DNA of 63,036 nt, filler included, from an uncultured archaeon (lineage in GTDB: Archaea > Nanobdellota > Nanobdellia > Woesearchaeales > CAIVOO01), in assembly GCA_903842985.1 (NCBI GenBank). It is 5 parts of 5 records of this genome, joined end to end, with 100 filler letters (N's around TTAATTAATTAA, not from the genome) between each part and the next. Parts side by side here need not be neighbours in the genome. Positions count along the whole stretch, not along the records: positions 32,104 to 37,557 come from CAIMOB010000010.1; positions 37,658 to 58,678 come from CAIMOB010000012.1; 3 more parts are not named here. One strand, 5' to 3'. Shown piece by piece: positions 35,689 to 46,274 of this stretch (positions are counted from its first letter, which is position 1; every line of letters starts with the position of its first letter). The notes under the pieces are model-generated. The model searched no databases, was not told where the DNA came from, and saw only the letters and a program-made list of their open reading frames with translations. Position numbers and translations under genes: made by a program.

Positions 35689-36075
35689 ATGTTAAACGAT
35701 AATCTTGCAAATGTTTTGTCGCACGTGCTTAATTGCGAGAAAATAGGAAAAACAGAGTGCAAAGTAAAATCATCTTCGCTGGCAAAAAAAGTGCTTTCAA
35801 TCATGCAGGAAGCCGCATACATCGGCAGTTTCGATGAAACGCTCACAACAAGAGGGGGCGTTTTGAGCATAAACCTGATAGGCGCGATAAACAAGTGCGG
35901 AGTGATAAAGCCAAGGCACGCTGTAGGATACAAGGACTTTGTAAAGTTCGAGAAAAGGTACCTTCCTGCAAAGGATTTCGGCATAATAATTGTCTCGACT
36001 CCAAAAGGGGTTATGATCCACAGCCAGGCAAGGGAAAAGAAAACAGGGGGAAAATTGCTCGCATTTTGCTATTAA
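35689..36075 (+). CDS. rps8: 30S ribosomal protein S8
   Basis: INKCGVIKPR, YLPA..FG, STPKG, GGKLLA. Confidence 0.97.
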   Translation: MLNDNLANVLSHVLNCEKIGKTECKVKSSSLAKKVLSIMQEAAYIGSFDETLTTRGGVLSINLIGAINKCGVIKPRHAVGYKDFVKFEKRYLPAKDFGIIIVSTPKGVMIHSQAREKKTGGKLLAFCY

Positions 36076-36076
36076 T

Positions 36077-36601
36077 ATGGAAATCAAAAAGATAATTGAA
36101 ATTCCTGAAGGCGTTGAGGTTTCATTAGGCGAGTTTGTAACAATCAAAGGCCCAAATGCGGAGCTTAAAAGAAAATTGAAAGACCCGGGGGTTAAGATAG
36201 AAAAAAAGGACAACACCATTGTTGTAAGGGCTGAAAAAGTGAACAAAAAAGCAAAAAGGATTGTCGGAACAACTGCTGCGCACATCAGAAATATGATAAC
36301 TGGTTCAAAGGCAAATTTTGTTTATGAACTAAAGATATGCTCGGGGCATTTTCCAATGAACGTAACTCTCGCAAACAACGAGCTTACAATCAGAAATTTC
36401 CTTGGGGAAAAATACCCAAGAATCAAGAAAATAAAGGGCAATGTGAAGATAAAGCTTGAAAAAGACAAGATGACTGTCGAGGGAGCAGATATAGAAGCAG
36501 CAGGACAGGCTGCAACAATGATAGAAAAACTGACTTCAATAACGAACAGAGACAGACGAAGGTTCCAGGACGGAATTTTCATAACATCAAAGCCAAAATG
36601 A
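36077..36601 (+). CDS. rpl6: 50S ribosomal protein L6
   Basis: HFPM, NFLGEK, GQAA..IE, DRRRFQDGI. Confidence 0.97.
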   Translation: MEIKKIIEIPEGVEVSLGEFVTIKGPNAELKRKLKDPGVKIEKKDNTIVVRAEKVNKKAKRIVGTTAAHIRNMITGSKANFVYELKICSGHFPMNVTLANNELTIRNFLGEKYPRIKKIKGNVKIKLEKDKMTVEGADIEAAGQAATMIEKLTSITNRDRRRFQDGIFITSKPK

Positions 36602-37176
36602 AGGAACTACTTGAATTAAGAAGAAAGATGAAGGCAAGGAAGCCAAATTTTGTCAGAGAGGATTCCCACAAGAAGAAAAAATTGAGAAAGAGCGGCTGGA
36701 GAAGGCCAAAAGGTCTTCATTCAAAGATTAGGCACCAGTTCAAGGGTCACATAAGAGCGGCTTGCATGGGATTCAGAAGCCCGAATGCAGTAAGGGGATT
36801 AAGCAGGACAGGGTTGATACAGGTTGTAGTGAGGAATGTCAGCGAGCTGAAAAAGATAAATCCAAAGACAGAGGGTGTAATAATAGGCAATATCGGTCTG
36901 AGGAAAAGGGTTGAGATTGTGAAAGAAGCCCAGATTTTAAAGATAATGATACTTAATTTAAAGGACTCAAACAAATTTTTAGATGATGTGAAGAAAAAGT
37001 TTGAGGAAAAGAAAAAGAAGAAAGAAGAAGAGAAGAAAAAAGAGGAGAAAAAGGAAGCTAAAGTTGAGGAAAAGAAAAAAGAGGAGAAAAAGGAAGCTAA
37101 AGAAGAAGTTACGGAAGAAGACAAAAAGAAGGAAGAAAAAGAGGAGAAGGACAAGGTCCTAACCAAAAGAAAATGA
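36598..37176 (+). CDS. rpl32e: 50S ribosomal protein L32e with Lys/Glu-rich C-terminal tail
   Basis: KPNFVR, WRRPKG.HSK, GFRSP..VRGL. Confidence 0.95.
   Translation: MKELLELRRKMKARKPNFVREDSHKKKKLRKSGWRRPKGLHSKIRHQFKGHIRAACMGFRSPNAVRGLSRTGLIQVVVRNVSELKKINPKTEGVIIGNIGLRKRVEIVKEAQILKIMILNLKDSNKFLDDVKKKFEEKKKKKEEEKKKEEKKEAKVEEKKKEEKKEAKEEVTEEDKKKEEKEEKDKVLTKRK
37033..37102 (+). repeat. 31-bp direct repeat with 39-bp period in the rpl32e tail
   Basis: AAGAAAAAAGAGGAGAAAAAGGAAGCTAAAG at 37033-37063 and 37072-37102. Confidence 0.85.
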
Positions 37177-37557
37177 GAATCCAAAAGAGACTTGCAGCAC
37201 AGATTTTTAAATGCTCTGAGAAAAAGATTGTTTTCGACCAGAGCAAGCTCAGTGAGATAAAGGAAGCCATAACAAAGGCAGACATAAGGGGGCTTGTCAA
37301 AGACGGCTTCATAACTAAAAAGCGTGAAACAGGCATTTCAAAGTTCAGGTCAAGGAAGCTTGCAAGGCAGAAAAGAAAAGGGAAGAGAAAGGGATATGGC
37401 AGCAGGAAAGGCAGGGCAACGGCAAGAACGCCGAGAAAACCTGAATGGATGAACAAGGTAAGGCTGCAGAGAAAGCTGCTTAAAAACCTAAAAAGCAAGT
37501 TGACAAAGCAGGATTTCAGAATGCTTTATGCAAAGGTCAAGGGAGGTTTTTTCAGAA
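37173..37557 (+). CDS. rpl19e: 50S ribosomal protein L19e, cut by contig end
   Basis: QKRLAA, AITKADIR, GSRKG..TAR, KGGFF. Confidence 0.96.
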
Positions 37558-37657
37558 NNNNNNNNNNNNNNNNNNNNNNNNNNNNNNNNNNNNNNNNNNN
37601 NTTAATTAATTAANNNNNNNNNNNNNNNNNNNNNNNNNNNNNNNNNNNNNNNNNNNN
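37558..37657. other. Artificial contig-join linker
   Basis: N44-TTAATTAATTAA-N44. Confidence 0.98.
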
Positions 37658-37905
37658 GCTTCTTCAGGAGTGATTTCTTCTCCTTTTTTCTCTGCTTCAT
37701 CTACGCTGTCGCCGACTTCTATTCCCGGCTCTCTTTCAAACTCCTTGAGATTCTTGTCCGTAGCTTTTGTCTCCCATAAATAACCGATTCCAATTGGATG
37801 AAGCTTCTGTTCTGAAATAATTTTCAGGATAGTGCTGCCTTTAGAAAGAACAGTGGTTATTGCACCATCTTCTACAGAACCATCTACCCTAAGATTAATA
37901 GCCAT
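37658..37905 (-). CDS. Hypothetical protein, 5' part only
   Basis: Open frame from ATG 37905 to contig end. Confidence 0.55.
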
Positions 37906-38041
37906 TAATCATATATTAATCGCTTATTCTTTATTAAATTTTCTATAAAACAGCTTTAAAACGCCGTAAAACACGTTTTGTAAAATATTTTCCATATTGA
38001 AATCATAAACCTTATAAATTCTGTATATCTCTTATTGAATA

Positions 38042-41000
38042 ATGGCTGCTGAAATCGGAAACTATGACTTCAAAAAAGTGGAAGAGGATGTTCTGAAGTT
38101 TTGGGAAGATAAAAAACTGTATGATAAAGCAGCAAAGAAGAACAAAGGCAAAAAGAAATTCTACTTTTTGGACGGTCCGCCTTACACATCAGGCAGGATT
38201 CACATCGGAACTGCCTGGAACAACTGCATGAAGGACATTGCTTTAAGGTACAAAAGAATGGCTGGCTTCGATGTCTGGGACAGGGCAGGCTATGACATGC
38301 ATGGGCTTCCAACTGAAAATGCTGTCCAGAAAAAGCTTGGCTTGAAGGTCAAGGATGACATTTTAAAATTCGGAGTTGAAAAATTCGTAAAAGAATGCAT
38401 TGACTTCTCAAGCACAAATGCGCTGCAGATGGACAAGGATTTATGGCGGCTTGGAGTCTGGATGGATTACAAGAACGCCTACTGGCCCATCAAAAATTAT
38501 TTCATAGAAGGGGAATGGCTCCTAATCAAAAAGGCATTCGAGAAAAATAGATTATACAAGGGGCTGAAAGTCATGACATGGTGCGCAAGCTGCGAAACAG
38601 CGATTGCAAAGCACGAACTTGAGTATAAAACTGTCTCTGACAATTCAATATTCCTTAAATTCAAGGTTAAAGACAGGCCGAACGAATTCCTGATTATCTG
38701 GACAACGACGCCGTGGACAATCCCATTCAATCTCGCAGTGATGGCAAATCCTGAGCTTGACTATGTCCGGGCGAAGGTTGAAAATGAAACATGGATTCTG
38801 GCAAAAGGGCTTGCAGCGATGATAACTGCAGTCGCGAACAAGCAGTACAAGATTATTGAGGAGTTCACAGGCGAAAAGCTGAAAGGAATGAAATATGAGC
38901 ATCCGCTGAAGGATGAGATTCCATTCTTCAAGGAAATTAAGAATCCAAATCTTCATTCAGTAGTTCTTTCAAAGGAATACGTTGACCTGAGCGCAGGCTC
39001 CGGCCTTGTTCATTGCGCTCCTGGCTGCGGTCCAGAGGATTATGAAGTCGGGAAGGAGTATGGTCTGCCAGCATTTAATAACATCGACGAGATGGCAATA
39101 TTCCGCAACATGGGAAAGTTCAGCGGATTGGTTGCAAAGAAGGATGACAAGAAATTTATCGAAGAGCTGGAGAAAAAAGGCGCACTTATTGCAACTGCGC
39201 CAGTTGAGCACGAATACGCCCACTGCTGGCGCTGCCACAATCCGGTTGTGTTCAGGGCGACAGAGCAGTGGTTCATGAAGATTGAGGATTTAAGGGAAAA
39301 GATGATTGAATCTGCAAAAGACATGGGTTTCGTGCCAAAGGAAGGCAAGCAGTGGTTCGAAACTTGGATTAAGAATCTCAAGGATAATTCAATCACAAGA
39401 CAGAGATTCTGGGGAGCGCCTGTCCCAATATGGGAATGCGAGTGCGGGAATGTCGAAGTTATCGGCTCTGCAGCTGAGCTGAAAAAGAAAGCAGGAAAAG
39501 TGCCTAAGGATTTGCACAGGCCCTGGATTGACGAAATCACATTCAAATGCAAATGCGGAAAAACAATGAAAAGGGTTCCTGATGTTCTCGATGTCTGGAT
39601 AGATTCCGGAACAGCGTCATGGAACTGCCTTGAATACCCAGGCAGCAAGACGCTGATTAAGAAATGGTTCCCTGCAGACCTTGTGCTTGAAGCGACAGAG
39701 CAGATAAGGCTCTGGTTCAGCATGCTTCACATCTGTTCCTCAATCGTGTTTGACAAGCCCTGCTTCAAGAATGTATATACCCACGGAATGATTCTAGATT
39801 ATGAAGGCGAAAAAATGTCAAAATCAAAAGGCAACATAATCTCGCCTTATGAGGTCATTGACAAGGTTGGCGCAGATGTCCTGAGATATTACATGTGCGG
39901 AACACCTGCAGGCGAAAACATAAATTTCAGCTGGGACGAAGCGAAGATGAAGCACAGAAATCTCACAGTTCTCTGGAATGTCCATAAATACTTGATTGAT
40001 TATGCGCAGACAGCAGGCGCGAAGCCAAAGAAAGTTTTCAAGAAAGGGCTTGAAGAAAAATACATCCTGTCAAAGATGAATTCTGCAGTCAAAAAATCAA
40101 CAGAATTGTTTGACAGCTACAGGCTCGATGAGACAATAGCTGTTGCGCAGGAGCTTTTCCTTGAACTTTCAAGGACATACATACAGATGATAAGGGAGAA
40201 ATCTGCAACAGGCACAGACGAGGAGAAAGCTGCGATTGTTTCAACAATTTATGAAGTGCTTACCGCTGTTCTTCAGATACTTTCACCAATCTGTCCATTC
40301 ATAACAGAGCAGATGTATTTGAATTTAAAGGGCGCGTTTGGGCTGAAAATTGAAAGCATGCATCTGGCAAACTGGCCTAAATTCGACAAAAAGTCAATCA
40401 ATGAAAAAATAGAAAAAAACATGGCAGTTGCAAATGATGTTATGCAGGCAGTCCTGTATGCAAGGGAAAAGACACAGCTTGGAGTCAGGTGGCCCCTGAA
40501 AGAAGTTATTGTTGAGACAGCAGATACAGAAATCAGGGACGCCATTCAGGAAATGAAGGAAGTCATAAAGACGCAGACAAATCTAAAGGAGATATCAATA
40601 AAGAAGGAAATGGGTATGAAAAAAAGAGTGAAATCAGACTTCGCAAAGCTTAAGCCTGATTTCGGGGACGCTTCAGCGAGAATCATTGCAAATCTTTCAA
40701 TCCAGAGCCCAGAGTCGATTCTCGGAGCAATTGAAAGGCAGGGAAAGTATATTTTGAAGATAGACAAGGAAAGCTACGAGATAAAAAAAGATCATTTGAT
40801 GATGGTAAGGGAGGTTCCTCCCCATCTTGTTGAAGCGGAGTTCAAGGGCGGAGCCATTTTCCTGAACAAGGAAATGACAAAAGAATTGGAGGCAGAAGGG
40901 TTTGCAAGGGAAGTTGCAAGAAGGGTGCAGGCTGCGAGGAAAGAATCCGGGCTGCACAAAAGCGACAGCATAAACCTGTTTATTCTGGCTGACAAAGAGT

Positions 41001-41155
41001 TAGTTGAGATGCTGAACAAGTGGAAAAAACAGATTCAGGAGAAGGTCAGCGCGTCAAAAATCGAGATAGGAACTTCCACAACCCAGAGATTCAGCTTCAA
41101 GAAGCCAGACAAGATAAAGGACAGGCAGCTTGAGATAATGTTCAGCAAGGTTTAG
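38042..41155 (+). CDS. ileS: Isoleucyl-tRNA synthetase (archaeal/eukaryotic type)
   Basis: DGPPY, HIGT, WTTTPWT, GSGLVH.APG.G, RQRFWG, KMSKS. Confidence 0.97.
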   Translation: MAAEIGNYDFKKVEEDVLKFWEDKKLYDKAAKKNKGKKKFYFLDGPPYTSGRIHIGTAWNNCMKDIALRYKRMAGFDVWDRAGYDMHGLPTENAVQKKLGLKVKDDILKFGVEKFVKECIDFSSTNALQMDKDLWRLGVWMDYKNAYWPIKNYFIEGEWLLIKKAFEKNRLYKGLKVMTWCASCETAIAKHELEYKTVSDNSIFLKFKVKDRPNEFLIIWTTTPWTIPFNLAVMANPELDYVRAKVENETWILAKGLAAMITAVANKQYKIIEEFTGEKLKGMKYEHPLKDEIPFFKEIKNPNLHSVVLSKEYVDLSAGSGLVHCAPGCGPEDYEVGKEYGLPAFNNIDEMAIFRNMGKFSGLVAKKDDKKFIEELEKKGALIATAPVEHEYAHCWRCHNPVVFRATEQWFMKIEDLREKMIESAKDMGFVPKEGKQWFETWIKNLKDNSITRQRFWGAPVPIWECECGNVEVIGSAAELKKKAGKVPKDLHRPWIDEITFKCKCGKTMKRVPDVLDVWIDSGTASWNCLEYPGSKTLIKKWFPADLVLEATEQIRLWFSMLHICSSIVFDKPCFKNVYTHGMILDYEGEKMSKSKGNIISPYEVIDKVGADVLRYYMCGTPAGENINFSWDEAKMKHRNLTVLWNVHKYLIDYAQTAGAKPKKVFKKGLEEKYILSKMNSAVKKSTELFDSYRLDETIAVAQELFLELSRTYIQMIREKSATGTDEEKAAIVSTIYEVLTAVLQILSPICPFITEQMYLNLKGAFGLKIESMHLANWPKFDKKSINEKIEKNMAVANDVMQAVLYAREKTQLGVRWPLKEVIVETADTEIRDAIQEMKEVIKTQTNLKEISIKKEMGMKKRVKSDFAKLKPDFGDASARIIANLSIQSPESILGAIERQGKYILKIDKESYEIKKDHLMMVREVPPHLVEAEFKGGAIFLNKEMTKELEAEGFAREVARRVQAARKESGLHKSDSINLFILADKELVEMLNKWKKQIQEKVSASKIEIGTSTTQRFSFKKPDKIKDRQLEIMFSKV

Positions 41156-41209
41156 TCCCAACCTTGTGACAAGCAAAGTTTTTATTTTAATTCTTGTTAT
41201 CCTGGCTTG

Positions 41210-42061
41210 ATGGACGGCATTGACGGAGCAAACAGCGACCTTGAGAAAACACTCCAGAAAGAGATACATGATCTTGCTGAAAAGCAGTTTTTCTTGGGTG
41301 ACGAACTTGAAGATAATTATGATGAGGAATACTTTTGCAGCATTAACAAGAAAAACACTGCTGAGAACAGCAAGAGCGTATCCAGCATTTTAACCCCTGA
41401 CCACTGGCTTGCATTGAGCACAGGGCTGGCGGGGATAAACAAGAAGAACCCCTATGTCTTTCTTGCAAAGGCAAATTATCACATACAGAAAGGCGAAAGT
41501 TACGGGAATTTTCATTCTGCATACAAAAACACAGAGAAGGCGCTTAAAATTGATGCGAAAAATGATGTCTTCAGGCTAAACTCTGTCTATCTGCAGGAAT
41601 CGATTATTGGCTGGAACTATTTATCTGCTCCTGAAACCACTGATTTTATGGGAAAAATTGACGAAATTGTAGCATTCAAGGCAAGCGAACAAAAACTTGC
41701 GCTTGCCTACAATACTTATGTTGCATTGGCTCTTTGGTTCCTTTGCGACAAAAGCTTTGACGAAGGAAACACTTCTGAATTCAAAAAATTGATAAAATAC
41801 CAGTCGCTGGCAAGGGAAACCATCGTGAAGTACAACCTTCAGGACACGGTTAACATACTTTGCCTTATTGACTGCTACACAATATTGGATGATTTTGAGT
41901 CTAAAACATCTGCAATAAGGCAGTTTGAGCTGTCGCTGGAAAAATATAACAACAACACAAGATTTAACAGGAGGCTCCTGAAGCGGATTAAGAATGAGCC
42001 AGCAGGGCACAAGGTGCGGTTAAATATCCCTTATTCTGAATCGATAGAAATAATCAATTAA
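41210..42061 (+). CDS. Hypothetical helical (TPR-like) protein
   Basis: 284-aa ORF; weak TPR-like segment (AKANYH..KALKIDAKN). Confidence 0.6.
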   Translation: MDGIDGANSDLEKTLQKEIHDLAEKQFFLGDELEDNYDEEYFCSINKKNTAENSKSVSSILTPDHWLALSTGLAGINKKNPYVFLAKANYHIQKGESYGNFHSAYKNTEKALKIDAKNDVFRLNSVYLQESIIGWNYLSAPETTDFMGKIDEIVAFKASEQKLALAYNTYVALALWFLCDKSFDEGNTSEFKKLIKYQSLARETIVKYNLQDTVNILCLIDCYTILDDFESKTSAIRQFELSLEKYNNNTRFNRRLLKRIKNEPAGHKVRLNIPYSESIEIIN

Positions 42062-42067
42062 ATCAAT

Positions 42068-42325
42068 TCATTTCTCAACGCAGACGCAGATAACCTTATC
42101 GTCCGTGCAGTTCCATCTGGTATAGTTATATGACTTTTCTTCGCAAATCTTTGCGCAGTTCTGCTTTAGGAAGTCCTTAATCAGCGGGGCAATCATGTTT
42201 TGTTCTATGTTGCCGCAGTTCTTTCCTTTATCTTCAATCTTGATTTCTTTTTGCCCAGTTAATCCTGCAGTGCATCCAGTCAAGAAAACTCCAAGCAATG
42301 CAATTAGGATTATTGTCTTTTTCAT
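42068..42325 (-). CDS. Predicted lipoprotein with Cys-rich domain
   Basis: MKKTIILIALLGVF-LTGC lipobox; six further Cys. Confidence 0.8.
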   Translation of the reverse strand: MKKTIILIALLGVFLTGCTAGLTGQKEIKIEDKGKNCGNIEQNMIAPLIKDFLKQNCAKICEEKSYNYTRWNCTDDKVICVCVEK

Positions 42326-42597
42326 TTTATACTTAAGGAGTAGCTTTTTCCTTTTAAATGTATCTCTGCCAGCCTGCCTTTTTTGAATTTTATTCCTTTA
42401 ATGTAAAGATGATAATGCCTGTGCTCAGGCAGGACGCAGCTGCACAAAACAGCCTTTATCTCGCAGTCAAATTTCTTCTTGTCTTTGTTTATCCTGAATT
42501 TTTTCTTTGGGAACATCGGCAGGTAGATTTTAGAAATAAAGAGAAAGTTTTCCGCCTCTTCTTCGATCCCAATTTTTCTTCTATAGCTGTCTTTCAT
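42322..42597 (-). CDS. Small basic hypothetical protein (CSC..H.HYH)
   Basis: Co-oriented and tightly packed between nrdJ and the lipoprotein gene. Confidence 0.65.
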   Translation of the reverse strand: MKDSYRRKIGIEEEAENFLFISKIYLPMFPKKKFRINKDKKKFDCEIKAVLCSCVLPEHRHYHLYIKGIKFKKGRLAEIHLKGKSYSLSIK

Positions 42598-42610
42598 CTT
42601 AATACACATT

Positions 42611-44719
42611 CTAAAACGGACAATAAGTCGTCGGGCATCCGCCTGCGTAGTCTGACTCAGCCCTTACGTGCCTTGTCTCGCCCAGCTCTTTTGTCAATGC
42701 CTGCCCTGTGTAAAGCACCTGCTCTTTTTTGCTTCCGTATCTATAAATAGTTATTCCCTTGCATCTGAGCTGGTGCGCAAGCAGGTAAATCTTCCTTATG
42801 TCATCGATTGTTGCGTCATAAGGCAGATTGACTGTTTTTGATACAGCGTTGTCTGTGTGCTGCTGGAAAGCAGCCTGCATCCTGACGTGCCATTCAGGCG
42901 CAATGTCAAGCGCTGTCTTGAAAATCCGCTTGATATCTTCAGGGATTCCTGCAATTTCCTGCAGAGAGCCATTTTCCGCAATCTTCATCATCAGCTCCTT
43001 TGAATGAATCTTTCTTTGCTTTGAAATCTCCTCAAACAAAGAAGTTGTTTCAAGCATCTTCGTGCCTTCAAGCACATTTCTTATGAAAGAAACAGCAAAC
43101 AGCGGCTCTATGCCCGACGAACAGCCTGCAATTATAGATATCGTGCCTGTCGGCGCAATTGTCGTGACTGTCGCGTTCCTCATTGTCTTGTAATTTGCAA
43201 GCCTGCTCTGCTTGAATGCAGGGAAACTTCCCTTTTCATTTCCAATCTCTTCTGAAACAGTCCTTGCCTCCTTTGTTATGAATTTCATCAGCCTGTCTGC
43301 TGTGTTAAGCGCAATCTCAGAATCATAGGGAATGCCCAGTTTGATAAGCAGTTCTGCAAATCCCATGACGCCCAATCCGATTTTTCTTGTCCGCTTTGTG
43401 TTATTTTCTATCTGCTTTAGTGTATATTTGTTAGCGTCTATGACATTGTCCAAAAATCTTACAGCCCTTCTTATGGTCCTTTTCAGTTTCACCCAGCCAA
43501 TTGTCTTTCCCTCAACCATCCTTGCAAGGTTGATGGAGCCGAGGTTGCAGGATTCATAGGGAAGCAGCGGCTGCTCTCCGCAGGGATTTGTCGATTCAAT
43601 TCTGCCGAGCTTCGGCACAAGATTTTTCCGGTTTATTTCGTCTATAAAAATAATTCCTGGGTCGCCTGTGCGCCACGCGTTAGAGACAATCAACTCAAAC
43701 AGGGACTTTGCATTTATTTTCCCCTCTGCTTTCCCGCTTCTCGGGTTCACAATCTCAAATTTCTCGTTTTTCTGCACAGCCTGCATAAAACCTTCTGTTG
43801 CACCAACTGAAAGATTGAAATTTGTGAACTTGCCCTCCTCTGCCTTGCAGTTCACGAAATCAACAATGTCAGGGTGGTCTGCTCTCAAAATTCCCATGTT
43901 CGCGCCCCTTCTCCTTCCTCCCTGCTTTATGACTTCTGTTGCCATGTCAAATACCTTCATGAATGATACAGGGCCAGATGCAACGCCTTTTGTTGACTTT
44001 ACAATATCCCCTTTTGGCCTTAATCTTGAAAACGCGAAGCCAGTTCCTCCGCCTGACTGCTGGATAATTGCCATTGCCTTGACAGCGTCAAAAATCTCTT
44101 CCAGCGAATCACCGACTGGAATCACGAAGCAGGCAGACAGCTGCCCAAGCACTGTGCCTGCATTCATTAGCGTGGGTGAATTCGGCAGAAATTCCTGGTT
44201 TGCCATCATTTCATAGAATTCCTTTTCCAATTTTTCCCTTTCATTCTTCTTTTCAACGCTGGCAACAGCCTTCGCCACCCTTCTGAACATCTCTCTTGGC
44301 GTTTCGATAACATTTCCTTCATTGTCTTTCAGCAGATACCTTGCTTCCAGAATCTTTACAGCATTGACAGACAGCTTCATGTCATCCTCAACCCCATAGA
44401 ATTTCTTCATCTCCCGCACTTCATGCCTGTGCTGCCTGTAAAGAATAAATGACTTTGCAATGTCAGGATAGCTTTCCATCAGCGCCTTTTCAACTGCATC
44501 CTGCACATTCTCAACATGAGGAACCTTTGCAACGAATCTCTTTTCAAGCTCTTTTACAACACTCCTTGCAACCTCTTTTCCTATTTGCTCTGCCTTGTCC
44601 TCATTTTTTCCAACAGAAAGCGCTGACTTTTTGACAGCAGTTTCAATCTTCTGCCTTTCAAAAGGCACAACACTGCTGTCTCTTTTAACTACATTAGAAA
44701 CGCCTCTTTTCTCTGACAT
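42611..44719 (-). CDS. nrdJ: Class II (adenosylcobalamin-dependent) ribonucleotide reductase with N-terminal ATP cone
   Basis: VVKRD ATP cone, [34 protein letters not shown]-terminal CPTTYC. Confidence 0.95.
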   Translation of the reverse strand: MSEKRGVSNVVKRDSSVVPFERQKIETAVKKSALSVGKNEDKAEQIGKEVARSVVKELEKRFVAKVPHVENVQDAVEKALMESYPDIAKSFILYRQHRHEVREMKKFYGVEDDMKLSVNAVKILEARYLLKDNEGNVIETPREMFRRVAKAVASVEKKNEREKLEKEFYEMMANQEFLPNSPTLMNAGTVLGQLSACFVIPVGDSLEEIFDAVKAMAIIQQSGGGTGFAFSRLRPKGDIVKSTKGVASGPVSFMKVFDMATEVIKQGGRRRGANMGILRADHPDIVDFVNCKAEEGKFTNFNLSVGATEGFMQAVQKNEKFEIVNPRSGKAEGKINAKSLFELIVSNAWRTGDPGIIFIDEINRKNLVPKLGRIESTNPCGEQPLLPYESCNLGSINLARMVEGKTIGWVKLKRTIRRAVRFLDNVIDANKYTLKQIENNTKRTRKIGLGVMGFAELLIKLGIPYDSEIALNTADRLMKFITKEARTVSEEIGNEKGSFPAFKQSRLANYKTMRNATVTTIAPTGTISIIAGCSSGIEPLFAVSFIRNVLEGTKMLETTSLFEEISKQRKIHSKELMMKIAENGSLQEIAGIPEDIKRIFKTALDIAPEWHVRMQAAFQQHTDNAVSKTVNLPYDATIDDIRKIYLLAHQLRCKGITIYRYGSKKEQVLYTGQALTKELGETRHVRAESDYAGGCPTTYCPF

Positions 44720-44844
44720 AGATGTTTAAAAAGAAGAGGAGTTTAAAAAGTTTGCTGGAAAAATATATATAGGACCTTACTCTAAAATAATAAAATGGGG
44801 GAGCTTATAAAAAAGAAGATAATATTGAAATTAAATTAATCGGA

Positions 44845-45234
44845 ATGGATTATTCTGCATGCATCAGATGCAAAAATATGGGATATGTAAATGGATATGA
44901 GGTTGCGTACTACTGCAGGCTTGACAACTCAAAGGAACCAAAAGTTTGGGAGAATAAATTCATTCCTCATGAAATATTTATGCTGGGCTGTCCCAGATTT
45001 GAATGGAATGGCCTGCCAATTCACAAAAAGGCTTACGAGATAATTGAATCAAAACACGCAGACAGCGTTTTAATAAAATTACCCAAGGAAGAAATAATAA
45101 AAAATATTACCTTGTTGCAGATTATGAAGGAGCAGGGTCTTAATAGGGAGTTTGAAAATGAAATAGGTGCAGGTTTCAACAGGGAAAAATTCAAACAAGA
45201 CCATCCAGACTTATTTTATAAAGTTGGCAATTGA
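44845..45234 (+). CDS. Hypothetical Cys-motif protein
   Basis: CIRC..C..PHEIF..CPRF. Confidence 0.65.
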   Translation: MDYSACIRCKNMGYVNGYEVAYYCRLDNSKEPKVWENKFIPHEIFMLGCPRFEWNGLPIHKKAYEIIESKHADSVLIKLPKEEIIKNITLLQIMKEQGLNREFENEIGAGFNREKFKQDHPDLFYKVGN

Positions 45235-45468
45235 GTTATAAATTTTATAGAATTTAATTTTTAATTCTTCTAAAATATAATGCATATCTGACCTGCTTTC
45301 ATAAGTGGCAGGAACCGCAACTCTTAAGCGGTTGTTGACTCTTAAAACTACTTCATCCAAAGTCTGAATAAACATTTTATTATATTCTTTTGGAGTTAAT
45401 CTTAGTTCTTTTATGTAGTCAAGTGTATAAGGTTCTATGGGAATTTTAAGAATATCTCCATCCACCAT
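45211..45468 (-). CDS. Hypothetical protein
   Basis: 85-aa ORF directly following the 45472 gene. Confidence 0.55.
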   Translation of the reverse strand: MVDGDILKIPIEPYTLDYIKELRLTPKEYNKMFIQTLDEVVLRVNNRLRVAVPATYESRSDMHYILEELKIKFYKIYNSIANFIK

Positions 45469-45471
45469 TTT

Positions 45472-46131
45472 TTACCATCCAAAATTAGGCTGTGTGTATC
45501 CGAAAATCCTGTTGACTGACTTGCTTACCATCTTCTCGCTTGTTACCTTCACAACTTCATATGTTGTCTCGTTCTTGTATCTTGTTACTTTTCTTGTGGC
45601 TTTCACAATCTTATATGTAACTGGCTCTGGATAGAAGCATTTTTCCATTGAAGCCTGCTGGAGCACAAACACATTGCAGCCGAACACAGTTGTTCCTGCC
45701 ATGAACTCTATGTCCCAGTGGAACGTTTCAGTTGCATCTGGCCCGACTTTCTTGATTATCTCTGGTGTCTCGACCCTGCCAGCATCTGTTGTAAGATAAG
45801 CATCATAAATCCAGGTTCCTGAGACATTTTCCAGGTTTGTCAGCTTCATTTCACAGATAATTGAGTTATTTGAGCCAAAGCTCTTTGGCAGAACCTCTGT
45901 TGTGTAGTTCATGCCCCTTGGCGCGCACATCTTATTACCCAGAGGAACCTTCTGGTCATATTCCTCATTTACTTCATATGGATAAGAAGTAATAATTGGC
46001 TTGTTTACCTCATCTGTGACATTCTCCCTTACAGTGACTTGCCTTGATGTTGTCATGCAGTAAAGGATAAGAATGGCTATAACTGCTGCAGCAATATTCT
46101 TCAAAGTTAGAAGCCTTTCACGTTTTTTCAT
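45472..46131 (-). CDS. Membrane-anchored hypothetical protein
   Basis: N-terminal TM helix; N-x-S/T sequons; beta-rich body. Confidence 0.7.
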   Translation of the reverse strand: MKKRERLLTLKNIAAAVIAILILYCMTTSRQVTVRENVTDEVNKPIITSYPYEVNEEYDQKVPLGNKMCAPRGMNYTTEVLPKSFGSNNSIICEMKLTNLENVSGTWIYDAYLTTDAGRVETPEIIKKVGPDATETFHWDIEFMAGTTVFGCNVFVLQQASMEKCFYPEPVTYKIVKATRKVTRYKNETTYEVVKVTSEKMVSKSVNRIFGYTQPNFGW

Positions 46132-46274
46132 AAAACCCCTTTCCATTTGTCGCATTTAAGCACGCAACTTACTTATATCCCTTTTGGTTTATAAGCCTTT
46201 TGGAGTCAAAATAACCACTTTTTAATAACAAATAGCGAAAAGTTTTTAAATAAGGGGGCGTTTATAAAGGAGCT

